Below, in pieces: positions 44,227 to 57,991 of a stretch of 64,000 bases of DNA. Below the pieces are notes generated by a model. It did not search any database. It had not been told where the DNA came from and worked only from the letters and a program-made list of their open reading frames with translations. This DNA comes from Octopus vulgaris (lineage: Eukaryota), in assembly GCA_951406725.2 (NCBI GenBank), contig OX597818.1, positions 78,926,001 to 78,990,000 of the forward strand, given 5' to 3'. A program made the position numbers and the translations under genes. Numbering within the stretch: the stretch's first letter is position 1; each line of letters begins with the position of its first letter.

Positions 44227-44269
<43 letters not shown>

Positions 44270-44450
44270 AGAAACAGAATACACTTCATAGTGCTCAAGA
44301 GGTTTAAACTTGAGCAGGCAGACAAGTAAAGCAAGTCAGACAAGTCGATATACAAAAAAATATTAATTATATTTAATACAAAAAATGTACATAGATATAT
44401 TTAATATGTTTTGTATATCGACTTGCATAAATTGCTTGTCCTTACATTTA

Positions 44451-44513
<63 letters not shown>

Positions 44514-45557
44514 TACTGCTCTATTAAGGTAAGATTAACAAAAAAAGAGTACTTCACTTAGTGAGAGATATCACTTAATGTACACTGCATTAAAATAGGA
44601 ACTTCTACCAAGACATTTTAGAGTGCGAAGAGTAGATTTGGGTTTAATAAGACATCGATGTATATAATCCAAATGGTAATCGTTACATATATTTCCTTGC
44701 TTTGATCGTTTCTTCATTAAATCAATCTCGTTCAAATATAAAATGCTTTCAAGGACGAAATCTCAGTTTCGCTTAATGTGATGAGTAAGAAACTGCTTAT
44801 AATAGTAAATATAATAGCTTGTATGCGTTTTCGATCCCGCATCTCTTCCTTCTGAAAAAAACCCCAACTTTATAAGGTATTTTCCTCTATCTACGAAACT
44901 GATAGTGTTCATGAGTTTAGCTTGATAACATTGTCATCATGTTCAAGATTTCTGTAAATACTAGTAATTTCCAAAATTTTAATTTAAAGGTGTTAACATG
45001 AGCAATCAAGAACTACGAAAAGTTGGTAATGAATACGTGCAAATTCATATCTACGGTAATTTGGTAGTGAATGCTATTAAAATATTAGCGTTTTGGTTCG
45101 ATACAGACCTGCATATAGATCAAAATTGGTATAGAACTGTAAGGATTATCAATTTTATCTAGTATTCGTATAAAAAGAACTATACAAAACCTATATAAGA
45201 AAAATCAGATTGGGCTAGTGAAGGAAATAGGGGGCAGAAGAAAGAAAATCCCACATTTTACGCAACCATAGTGTGTTGCTAGGGAAGCTAGGCAGATGGT
45301 AAGAGTGTCTTCATGTGACTAATGCTTGATCGAATGTAGTTTGTAGCTACCATCGTATTTTGTACTCGTGCGCAATGTACATCTGCTGTTAAAATGTTTA
45401 TCACTCTGTAAAATATAAGAGGTTTTTGCGTCACCCTATACATACATAAATACATACATACATACATACATACATACATAATATACAAATACATATATAT
45501 ATATCATATATAAAATAATATATAATATATATATATATATATACATACATACATACA

Positions 45558-45639
<82 letters not shown>

Positions 45640-45640
<1 letters not shown>

Positions 45641-46065
45641 CTGGCCTTTCGTGCTTAGCAGTCGTCGCGGCAAGACACATTTTTTTCTCTGTGCCCTAAG
45701 GCATTTTTCTAACACGCCAGCTCAAAGTTTACTCGTCCTGTCGAAAGACGCCTATCTGTGACGTCCTGTTTTTGTTATTATTATTATTATCATTATTGTT
45801 TTTACGTATTTTTGTATTCTTATTCGTGTAACCTCGTCCGTTTTTCCGTCCTTGTTTTGTATACATTCGAGGCTTTCTTCCAAGGAATCTAATGCGCTTG
45901 GCTTAGATTTTCCTTTGGGGCTGGCCAGATCGGAGCAATCTCAAGATAAATCAGCCGAAATTGCGAGGATGATCCGGTTCTTGACTGAAGATTGAAGGCT
46001 TCGAATGTCCCGTCCGTGTTTTTTGTATCGTCTTCTAAATGTTTTGCGTTCTTGTCCCAGTTTGT

Positions 46066-46072
<7 letters not shown>
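45640..46072. mobile_element. Interspersed repeat (probable retroelement terminus), inverted relative to 57990-58400
   Basis: Reverse-complement match to the aaaatacaaactgggacaagaacg... family. Confidence 0.75.
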
Positions 46073-46155
<83 letters not shown>

Positions 46156-46401
46156 CACTGTTCTCTTTCGCCACAACCTTCTCTCACTCTTTCTTCCTGT
46201 TTCTGTTGTACCTGTATTTCAAAGGGCCAGCCTTGTCATAATCTGTGTCACGCTGAATCTCCCCGAAAACTATGTTAAGGGTACACGTGTCTGTGGAGTG
46301 CTCAGCCACTTACACGTTAATTTCACGAGCTGGCTGTTCTGTTGATCGGATCAACTGGAACCCTCGTCGTCCTAACCGACTGAATGCCACGCTCATATAT
46401 G

Positions 46402-46514
<113 letters not shown>

Positions 46515-48294
46515 CTTTTGTATTCATAAATACTCAGCTGGTCGTACCTTCTACATGGAAATATGTATAAGCTTTCTCTGGAGGTAATATATTCTGAGGC
46601 AATAAGTACCAGTTGAGCTCTGGGGTCGATGTAATCGACATACCCTCACTCCCGAACTTGTTGGCATTGTGCCAAAAATTGAAACCAATATGTTCTAAAG
46701 CAATGCAAATATTTCCAGGCGGCTGGTAAGTCTAGTTTAGTTGATATTTAAGTAGTAGATGTTCTCTTGGTTGGCTAATTTTACTGAGAGGCGCATCTAT
46801 ATTATTCTGCAATTGAGAACAAGATAATTAATATTTTTTTTTTTTACTATATGAATAAATACTTCCTCAGACTTTGCTCTACTATATTATGAGAAATAGA
46901 ATCTTCATATAACAATACAAATTCGGAATCAGCTCCGAGATAATGATGGACTCTTAATTAATAACTCAATTACTCGTAAGTTGAAGTTACATTTTGTCAT
47001 TAATCAAGTCAGCAAATATTCTCCTAATCTTTATATTGATTTAACTATTGTTTATGTGATAATTTCTCTCTGTCTGTATGCCTACTTTTTATAACTATCT
47101 ATTTATCACACTTTCTATCTCTTCTTTAACGTTTCCAGTTTCTAACTTCTCTTCTAATACTATTTACTTATGCATTAGATTCGAAACCCTTTCCCATTAT
47201 GAATAGCAAGAAATTATTTCGATACCTTGTTTTCATTATAGCCTTAGTCGATCACAGCTAAGCAATATCATTCTAATTATAATTTTTATATTTGGTATTC
47301 TATTGTGCAGAATATCTCAATCTACGAATGTATTTTATTCTATTTTCTTAATTATTTAAAAAAACTTTTTGTTCAGAATATTGCCTCGCTTTCACATCTA
47401 TCCCATAATATCATTCCAATGAACTGGAAGACAAACTATAATTAGCTGATGTATTGATTTTTCTGCTTTATAAAAATAGTATTTTTTTCTTTACGTTGTA
47501 AAGTACTAGAAATTTTAATAGTTTGCTGTGTAATTCACTATTTTACTTCGTTTAATTTCTGAAAGGTTTAAATTGAAAAACAAGACAAAAAAACATAAAA
47601 TGAAATATTTGATTTTTGTTTATATATAATTGTCCAATGTATTTTAGATATTTTTCTGGGGCCTGACAAAACCGTTCTAAAAGATTTGGATTTAAAAATA
47701 TAAATAAAAGTAATTGCAGTTTTTCTTTGAAATCGCTCAGAATTTACAAAAATATCGCCAATGATAAAAAAATTAAAGGAATGCAAACCATAAAAGCATG
47801 ACTGTGTGATTTAAAGCCATCGACTTTTCTAATATTTTAAAATAGTTTCTTTATAATCTAATATAAAATTTCTATTTGATATTATTGATTTCTATTTGAC
47901 TAGACACTATATCCTCTCTTTAAGCATAGACAAAAAATGCAAGTTTGGCTTTTATGCTGTCCTGACGGTATTAGGCATAAAATGAAACGGCTTTAAATGT
48001 ATCTCCAAATGGTACAGTAATTTCAGCATATCTCTTGTTTCATCCCTACTCTCCATTACTCGATAAGCTGTTATCTTTCTCTTTTACTTGTGTGGGACAC
48101 GGCCTTGACGGGTTTACTCAAACAAATTGACCACTGTACGTATTTTTTAATGTTTGGAATTTATTCTTTCCGTCTCTTTTACCGAACCACTGAGTTACGG
48201 GAGGTTAAACAAAATAACACCGGTTGTAGTTCAGCGAATGTGGTGGGTTCAAACACAAAGACGTATGCACAAATATATATATATATATATATAT

Positions 48295-48343
<49 letters not shown>

Positions 48344-48394
48344 CACACCACACACATATATATATATACAAACAAACATATATATATATATATA

Positions 48395-49670
48395 TATTCC
48401 AGGGTCTGATGAAAAGTTCGTGGAATGTGACCAAATTAGGTTTATTTTTAAGCATAGTCCCCTTTGCGGTCCACACGCTTCTTCCATCGGTGTTGCAGTG
48501 CTTAGAGCCAGTTGGTGAAGAAACTTTCATCCTGTTAAAAAGTCATCAACAGCAGGTACGATGTCATCATCACTGCGATACCGGTTCGCAACCAAGTGTT
48601 CTTCATGGTGAGGAACAAATGATAGTCAAATGTTACTAAATAAGGAGAACAGGATGGATGATCAATAAGTTCAAATCCACAATCACGCACAGCAGCCATT
48701 GAAAGCAAGGAATCATGTGCTGGAGCATTGCTCTGATGAAACAAGGCTCCTTTCAGCGGTTTTCCTGGGCGTTCAAGTTTAGCCTTTTGTAACTGTCTCA
48801 GCATGTTGACATCGTATTCGCCATTGATGGTCTGACCCTTTTTGAAGATAATCAATAAACTCAATGCATTTTGAATCTCAAAGAAACTGAGGCCATCACT
48901 TTCCCTGCAGAGGGAACATTCTTGGCTTCCTTAGGAATAGGTGAGGAGGTGGTTTTTCTGCAGCTTGGGTTGTCACTTTGTTTCTGGCTCTAAGTGTTGC
49001 ATGCAACGTTCATTCTGGGTTAGGAAACGTTCAAGGAAACCAGCTGGATCTGCCTCAAACAATCTTAAGTTTTCCTGTTATGTGATGTGACAAGTGCGCT
49101 TTCAATCAAGTGTCAGATGACGTGGCACCCACCGAGAAGAAACATTCATCATGCTCAGTTCATTGTGCTGAATATTCTCAACTCTCTCACGGGATATGCT
49201 AATAGCAATGGCTATTCCATTCATAATCAATCGCCTGTACCCATCACCATATGGTCAACACGATCAATGTTTTCCTTAGTGATGGCAGTTACGGGACGTC
49301 CAGATGTCACGTCAACTTCAAGACTCTCCCTTCGCCTCCTAAATTCAGCTTCCCTCTTTTGTACTGTGTCATCTCCTAATGTAGCAACCATGTTGCCATG
49401 AATGTCTTTAGGAGCTAAATCTTTTTTCTACAGTTTCTTGATAACACCAGGATGCAAAAGTTTGTGAACTTTCAAGAGATGTCGCTACCAGTTACTTTTG
49501 AAGTGTTCTTTGAACATTCATATGTAAGTTTATCTTGAAAGACACAATGCAGTTATTAATAAGAAGGGTTGAAATCAATGCATGCAATTCATAGAGCTGT
49601 GAATGCATGCAATTGTACAGCTCTAGCATCACTCCTACATAGCTTATGAAATTTTTAACCCACTCTCGTT
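48395..49670 (-). mobile_element. Degenerate mariner element
   Basis: Remnants HQSNAPAH and HPSCSPYLVTFDYHLF (YSPDLAPxD motif), with TIR-like ends. Confidence 0.8.
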
Positions 49671-49681
49671 CATAAACACAC

Positions 49682-49712
<31 letters not shown>

Positions 49713-49737
49713 TGTATGTATGTATGTATTATGTATA

Positions 49738-50262
49738 TACGAGTGGGTATCCAACAGAAAGCGAAATTTTGCAATATTATTTTATTCACTTAGTTTTACG
49801 TGTTTACACTTTTATCGCCTTCAAGGTATTCTCCATTTGAAACAATGCATCGGTCCAGACACGTTTCTCGCTGTTGGAAGCAGTACCAGAACTCTTGCGA
49901 TGTGATTAATGCCTTTTAATGCCTCCGTCATTTTTCTCTTTACCCCTTCCACATCTGCAGATTCTGTAGCACCAGGTTTCATCAGCACTAATGGTCTTCG
50001 AAAAGAGGTCCGGATCAACTTCCAACTGTTCTTTCAGTTTACGACACGCATTTAGTCGTCACTGCTTTTAATCTTCCGTGAGCAAGCGTGGCACGAATTT
50101 TGCTACAAATCTTTTCATTCACAATTACACACTCAAAATTCGTTGGCAGGAGCTTCAGGACACACCAGTCATATCAAGAAGCTCGTCAATTGTTCGGTGA
50201 CTGTCCTCGTGATGTTTTCATTCATTCGGAAGGTTGACGGTGCCCTGAACGAGATTGGTCCA
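49738..50262 (-). mobile_element. Internally deleted mariner relic
   Basis: tacgagtgg terminus and ADVEGVKRKMTEALKGI C-terminal remnant. Confidence 0.55.
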
Positions 50263-50774
50263 CAAGCAACAAGTGACAATACAAATATATATAAACGACG
50301 GCTTTATCTCTTACTTTTATTTGTTTGTGTCATTCGACTGCGGCAATGCTGGGACACAGTTTCTACCAAATTCACACATACACAGCAATGGTCGGCCCGG
50401 ACTTAGTGCAGAAGACTCTTGCCCGGATGCCGCGCAGTCTAACCACAGACATACTTGGTCATGTATATTATATATTACCTGTATGAGATATGGTACTTTT
50501 CTAGGATATTGTTCCAGTATATGAGTTAAGCTTGATAACAGTGTTAGCATATTCAAGACATTTGTAAAAAATATTAAACAGTAATTACCAAAATTGTAAT
50601 TAAGAGAAATTTTAAATGAACGATTCTGCCATCAACCAAGAAAGATTGGTATTTGTGATGGTCAGTAATGAATAAAAGCCAATCCACATTCACAAAAATT
50701 TGTTAGTGAGTGCTGTTAAAATATTAGCGTTTTGATTCCATATTGACCTACTTAGCAGCATTTCATCCAGTTTT

Positions 50775-50998
50775 ACTCTTTACTCTTTTACCTGTTTCAG
50801 TCTTTTGACTGTGGCCATGCTGGAGCACGGCCTTTAGTCGAGCAAATCGGCCCCAAGACTTATTCTTTTTAAGCGTAGTACTTATTCTATGATTTTTTTT
50901 GCCGAACCGCTAAGTAACGGGGACGTAAACACACCAGCATCGGTTGTCAAGCGATGTTGGCGGGACAAACAGACACACAAACATATACACACACGTAC

Positions 50999-51057
<59 letters not shown>

Positions 51058-51198
51058 AATACTATGGGCTTCTTTCAGTTTCCGCCTACCAAATCCACTC
51101 ACAATACTTTGGTCGGCCCGAGGCTATAGTAGAAGGTGCCACGCAGTGGGACTGAACCTGGAACCATGCGGTTCTTACCACACAGCCACTCCTACGCC
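50775..51198 (-). mobile_element. tRNA-derived SINE with internal microsatellite
   Basis: Head ggcgtaggagtggctgtgtggtaag...ggttcagtcccactgcg and tail ctgaaacaggtaaaagagtaaaagag. Confidence 0.85.
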
Positions 51199-53089
51199 GA
51201 GACCTACTTTACTTTTCATCCTTTTGGGGTAGATAAAATAAATACTAGTTTAGCCTTGCGATCAATGTCATCAGTTAACCCCGCTAACCAAAAATTTCAG
51301 GTCTTGTATCTATAGTAAAATAGAATTATTATGATTTATCTTTGCTTAATATCGATTTCAAATTTCAGTTCTCCACTTCCAATTTTTTTAATGATGCTAA
51401 CATCTTCACTGTGATTCGTTATCACATTTTTATCACTTTTATTGCATTTCTCGATGTATTTCGTTTTGTGATGAAGTCTGTGTAGGAATAAATTCCAGTT
51501 AATCATAACAATAATATTGGTTTGAATGTCAGTTCAATGTTATAGTAGTGTCTGTTCATTAATTTCTCTTCATTAAAGCGTATGAACTGGTCCGATACCG
51601 CTGATAATCACTCTATTGAGAGATGAAAGGAAAAGTTAACTTCTAATAGAAACAAAACTAAATATTGTGGTATATATAGTGTAGATACTCTAGTCGCTCG
51701 GTTATCTTCTCCATTCTCAATTCTACTATATTAAATTAAATTGGCAAATAATGAATGTGTATATTAGTCTGTGTGTGTATGTATAGAGTGTATTGTGTAT
51801 AGATGTGTGTACTGAGAGATAAAGATACAAAAATATATACATAGATACATACATACAAACATATATGTATTTATGCCTATATGTATATGTGAAGTTATAC
51901 ATATATGTTGGTATGTATGTATACACACACACATGCATATACCTGAATGCATATTATTTCTGCCCTATGGACAACAAACTGAAGATAAATACACATGTCC
52001 CCCCATATATATATATATATATACACGCCGGTGTTTTCTTTAAGCATTGTTGAGAGGAGAGGTATAAGCCATAACTTATGAGTCAGCTTCTAACCAGAGG
52101 CCTAGTTTGCAAGCTTGCAACGGATGAACCCTAGCAAAAATACCTAGTAACCAGGTGATGGTATTAAACTAACATCTGGTCTTGACTAGCCTTAGCGGGA
52201 AAGATTTCGTAAGTCTTGGTAAACTGAAATCTTTTCCTTTCAACACTGTTAATACCTTTAATACATATATCAGATTTTCTGAAAATTAATAAATGACTTT
52301 CAGAGAATATTGGATTCAAATTTTGGCACATGGCCAGCAATTTTGTGGGGCGGAAGTACGTTGATTACATCGATCAGGGTGTTTAACTGCTACTTATTTT
52401 ATTGGTCCCGAAAGATTGAAAGGCAAATTCGACTCGACGGAATTTGAACTCAGAACATAAAGTCACAGGAAACACAACTAAGCATACTACCTAGCGTGCT
52501 AAGGATTCTGCCAAATCGCCGCCTTAAGAGGCAAGATAATTCTGGTTTCAAATTTCAGTACAAGACCAGAAATTTTGTGGGAGGGGTTAAGTTGATCACA
52601 TCGATCCTGGTGCTCAGCTGGTACTTAATTCATCGACACCAAACCTAGTGAAATTTGAACTCAGAATGTAAAGACGGATGAAATACCACTAAGCACTTCT
52701 CTCGGCTCGTCGCCTTTGCCAGCAAAATAATATTAATAGCAAATATGATATCATTAATTATTCTTCGTTTATCTCCTTCCAAAAATATGATACTATATTC
52801 CAATAGACTGTTATAAGATGTAATTGTATCTGTTTGCCAGACAATTTATTCTATAATTAACAGCGATAAATGAGATTAATGCTTGCCGCGATTTCCAATC
52901 ATTCACTATCGCGAATCATTTTGCCATGTACATAATTCTCTAAGAGAAAATTTTAATATTTAGATAAAAAATGTCCAAAGAGATTAATTGCTGTATCACC
53001 GGTTGTTATGACGATACTTTTTTACTCTATAAACATGTAGTAACAATAAACATATAACAAAGCATAGTAACCACAACGTAACAATCCAA

Positions 53090-53855
53090 CAAATTTTCCA
53101 CGAACTAAACACGAAACAACAAACGATATTCCGACAAACTACCAAATCGACACCTTACGACTTCCTGCAATTAACATCTTCTCTACTATCTAATTCAGAC
53201 CACTACTATTTATAGCCGTCCGGTCAGTCGATTCTCTTGATCGAACAAAAAGCAGACAATACCATTCATCTCCACACACAGTCCTGGCATAACAAATATT
53301 TTCCAGGCTATAAGATCAAACTTACCCATCCTTCTACAAAGCCCCAAAATGATGAACCTGATGAACAAAATTCTTACTTAACTGCAAACGCCAACCGAAA
53401 AATCTTAAAAAGCACCTCACAATGGCAGAATTCAGATCGGAGAAGGGACCATAATTCTCAGTAACAGAATGTGGAGACAAAAGATGCGGAATATGCAAGA
53501 ACGACAATAATTACAAATACCTAGAATGTGGTTCAAAAGTGGCCCTCTCTTTAAAATCAATGCAAATATGACCTGCAAAACGCACAAACTCATATATTGC
53601 ATTACCTGCCCAAACTGCAAGCAAAATTATATAGGCGAAACGAACAACTCCCTCTGCCAACGCGCTAGAATACATAGACAACATATAAAACAGGAAGAGT
53701 TACGCAAGATACAATTAAGCACACACCTGGAAGTATATGGAATGGGAAAATTTAAAATTATTCCATTCTACAAATGCTCGCGAAATGACCCAGAATACCG
53801 TCAAGCTGTGGAACTGCATTTTATAGAAACATTTAGCCCAAAATTGAACGGTTAA
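53090..53855 (+). mobile_element. Penelope-like element, GIY-YIG endonuclease relic
   Basis: MTCKTHKLIYCITCPNCKQNYIGETNNSLCQRARIHR...ELHFIETFSPKLN. Confidence 0.85.
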
Positions 53856-54318
53856 AAAAAATAAAAAAAGTAGTAAAACTCAAAAAACGATGATGATAAT
53901 GAAAAAATATGATCTGTGATACATAAAAAAGAAAAGATCTTTTTATATCTTTATATACAAATGAAAGAATTCTCTCTTTTCTTTTTATATATACAATTAT
54001 ACAATTTAATATCATAAACGTCTAACAATGTATGTATATGTTTATACATTCTTATAGGCATGTAGATATGCATATATCCGTGTGCATATGTGCAAATATA
54101 TTTGTATGTTTATATATATGTTGGTATATGTGATCGTATATATGTATGTATGCATGTATGTGTGGGTATATATGTGTGTGTGTGCATGTATATGTACATG
54201 TATGTGTGTGTACATGTATGTATGTGTATATGTGTATGTATACATGTATATATATATGTATGTGTGTGTATGTATCTATATATGTGTATATGTATGTGTG
54301 CGTATGTATATATATATA

Positions 54319-55603
54319 CAGTTGCGGCCAAAATGTTCCGAACGGCATTGTTTTCGTCAGAGAAGTAGATATAATTTTTTATCAAAGTTGTTTTATATTC
54401 TATAATTTTCACAGACAATAAATACAATATTATTTGTTATTGCCTGAGATTTTGGTGTAATTTGAGTGGATAATACAAAAGTTATGGATGATTTAGTGAT
54501 TTACTGCAAAATCAATGGCGGCCAAAATGATCAGAACGGTTCCTTTTATTCCGTGTTTTAGTATATTTAACCGGCGAACTCTAATGTTTTGAATTTGCTT
54601 ACGTGATGGTTCGTTTACTAAACATTAGTAAGAATATTTGCAGTGTACTTTGTTAATATAATGCCACTTACTCCGTTACCAATTCGTCAGCAGATTATTA
54701 AGCTTCGAAGGAAGGATAATTTAAGTATTGGATCTATTGCAAAGATTGTTAACAAGTCAAAAAGTGTTGTACACGGTATTCTTAAGGTCTGCGATGATTG
54801 TGGTTCGTGTGAAGCAAGAAAGTTTACAGGTAGGCCAAGAAAAACGACCAAGAGAGAAGATCATGCTATGGTAAAGTTGGTTAAAAAGGACAGATTTAAA
54901 ACTGCTGCTGCTGTTTCTCGGAAAATGAGCATTGTATTGAAGAAAACTTTATCTCGAAAAACTGTGTCTCGTCGTTTAGTTGAACATGACCTACAAGCAA
55001 GAGCACCTGCAGTGAAGCCACTGATCAGCTCCAAGAATACAAAGTGTCGTCTTACCTTTGCAACTGAACATGTGTTGTGGTCTCAAGAAAAATGGCAAAC
55101 GGTGCATTTCAGTGATGAATCTGAGTTTATGCTATTTAGCTCAGATGGGAAAAAGGTATGTTCGTAGAAAAGTAGGTGAAAAATTGTTGCCTAAATGCCT
55201 TAAGACTAGTGTTAAATTCGGTGGAGGAAGTGTCATGGTTTGGGGGATGATATCTGGAGATGGTGTGGGCCCTTTGGTGCGATTACATGGAAAGTTAACT
55301 GCAGGAGTTTATAAACAACTTGTAAAAGATCATGTCTTGCCTGTGCTGAGAAATTCAACTAAGCGACCACCCATATTCATGCAGGACAATGCCCCATGTC
55401 ACAAGGCTAAGGTGGTCATGAACTTCCTCAAGGCTGAAAAGATTATTATTATGGATTGGCCAGCGCAAAGCCCAGATCTCAATCCTATTGAAAATGTGTG
55501 GAATATTCAAGGAGAACGTTCGAAAGCCAGAAATCCTAAAACAACAGAGCAATTATGGAATGCCCTTCAGGAAGAATGGAATAAGACCACCCAGCAAGAA
55601 ATT
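54319..55603 (+). mobile_element. Tc1 (DD34E) transposon, left TIR intact, 3'-truncated
   Basis: TA|cagttgcggccaaaatg. ~220 bp TIR with an inner direct repeat at ~54517-54539. ATG at 54661. D..D34E triad and one frameshift. Confidence 0.94.
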
Positions 55604-55728
55604 GCCCCTCTCTCTCTCTTTTTCACCTTCTCCCTCCCTCTATTCCCCATTATACACACACACTCTCCCTCTCTCTCCACACTTCATTCACCAATAATAT
55701 AAAAACAGGCCAAACTCTGCAAACTCAC

Positions 55729-55769
55729 ATTTCTGATGAAACTACAGTAGTAGTTGAAAGCGCTTAAAT
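55729..55769 (+). ncRNA. Minimal hammerhead ribozyme motif (Penelope-type)
   Basis: ATTT-CTGATGA-AACTAC(AGTA)GTAGTT-GAAAG-CG-CTT-AAAT. Confidence 0.72.
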
Positions 55770-55904
55770 AGGTAATTATATATGTGATTTGAAGAAATAA
55801 TATGTAGTATGTAAATGAATATATATTTTTTTGATATACAACCATCAGCATTCTGAACGCCTTTTTCTTTCATATGTTTTAAATCTGTACATCGCCCCCA
55901 ATGC

Positions 55905-55960
<56 letters not shown>

Positions 55961-55963
<3 letters not shown>

Positions 55964-56302
55964 AAATTACCATTTTTTATGTCAAACGTAAGTTAATAGT
56001 ATTTAAAAAGATCATTTAGTAAAAACCACTATATACGTTATAAATTTATTGAATAAAACTAGTAGAAAAGTCTAGTAAAAAATTAACAAAGGAAGAATAC
56101 TTATCGACATAACGTTTAGTCATACACGTTCCTCTGTAAACGGCTGCTACCTTTGTCATGCAGTAAGTATTATGGGAATAACATAAATAAAATAAAATAC
56201 TCTGAAAAATTCTCTAAGATTAATATTATAAGAAAGGTTGAATTCAAAGGAAGATAATAACTAGAAATATGCTATACTCACATATATATATTGTCACGCG
56301 AC

Positions 56303-56346
<44 letters not shown>

Positions 56347-57291
56347 TAGCAGTATCGCCCGGCGTTGCTCGGGTTTGTAAGGGAAATAACTACAAAGCAT
56401 TTTTAGAGTTATCGCCAAAAAATAGCAAAAATATGCATTAAAAATGGAAAAAAAATGATGGTAATTTTTTTTTTTAATCGTTGACTCATCGTAGACATTT
56501 TTAGAGAGTTACTTCCCTTATATTTAAAAAAAATATGCATTAAAATGGAAAAAAATAGTAAATTATTTTTTAAATCGTCGACTCATCGTAGACGCGCGCT
56601 AATACCCAGAAGGGCTCGATATGAATCACGACTATAAGATACCCGCTTTTGGTTAAACTGCACCGCAAAATGTGGGAGTAGTTAGGAATCTAAATCGGAG
56701 TAGACAGACACACAACCTTACTTTTATATATAAAGACTAGCAGTATCGCCCGGCGTTGCTCGGGTTTGTAAGGGAAATAACTATATAAGCATTTTTAGAG
56801 AGTTACTTCTCTTATAAATTCGGGCTTTCTTAGCCATTTTTGTTTTGGTGTCTTCAAGCCATGAAGTCGTTGTTCTGAAAGAACGCTGGTTTCCTTCACA
56901 ACGCATTACGACGTTGATTTCTTTACACTCCCTTCCCCACAGCTTCACGAGGGAGGGAAGGGGAGAAGCAAACAGGTGCAGCCGGAGCGTGGACGCCAAC
57001 TCCGCCGCCATCGACATACGATGCATTTTATGCATTAAAATGGAATAAAAAATGATGTTAAATTATTTTTAAAATCGTAGACTCATCGTTGACGCGCGCT
57101 AATAGTCAGACGGGCTCGATATGAATCACGACTATAAGATACCCGAATTTGGTTAAATGTGGGAGGAGTTAGGAATCTAAATCGAAGGGGACAGACACTC
57201 ACACAACTAGAGTTTTATATATATAGATATATATATATATATGCATACCTATATAAATTTATATTTACACACACATATATATACATTTATC

Positions 57292-57340
<49 letters not shown>

Positions 57341-57345
57341 TTATG

Positions 57346-57417
<72 letters not shown>

Positions 57418-57430
57418 ATTTATGTATATA

Positions 57431-57504
<74 letters not shown>

Positions 57505-57898
57505 GATAAATGTATATATATGTGTGTGTAAATATAAATTTATATAGGTATGCATATATATATATATATATATATATGAGTATAGCATATTTCTAGTTAT
57601 TACCTCCCTTTGAATTCAACCTTTCTTATAATATTAATCTTAGAGAATTTTTCAGAGTATTTTATTTTATTTATGTTATTCCCATAATACTTACTGCATG
57701 ACAAAGGTAGCAGCCGTTTACAGAGGAACGTGTATGACTAAACGTTATGTCGATAAGTATTCTTCCTTTGTTAATTTTTTACTAGATTTTTCTACTAGTT
57801 TTATTCAATAAATTTATAACGTATATAGTGGTTTTTACTAAATGATCTTTTTAAATACTATTAACTTACGTTTGACATGAAAAAATGGTAATTTATAC
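55961..57898. repeat. ~320 bp inverted repeats (55961-56290 / 57572-57898) enclosing Helitrons and (TA)n
   Basis: Near-identical reverse-complement arms. Confidence 0.9.
56346..57227 (-). mobile_element. Two head-to-tail non-autonomous Helitrons (56346-56736, 56737-57227)
   Basis: Each has TC...hairpin-CTAG. The CTAG|TC junction is exact. Same family as 21609-23246. Confidence 0.9.
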
Positions 57899-57950
57899 TT
57901 GTATACGTAGGGGTAAATCTTACGTGAAATTATAAATTCCGTAATGCTTT

Positions 57951-57984
<34 letters not shown>

Positions 57985-57991
<7 letters not shown>

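Noticed and set aside
45955-46015. CTGAAGA and GAAA motifs in the 45.6/58 kb repeat as a hammerhead
   Set aside because: No topology gives compatible stems, and the downstream box is GAAU.
48401-48425. CTGATGA motif
   Set aside because: Part of a mariner TIR, with no hammerhead stems.
50470-50560. ATACAG|gtaata donor identical to the SRCR first-half exons
   Set aside because: The upstream sequence has no SRCR motif and contains a stop in that frame.
55144-55160. GGGAAAA as a programmed -1 frameshift site in Tc1
   Set aside because: The downstream transposase is in the +1 frame, and the -1 frame stops within a few codons.
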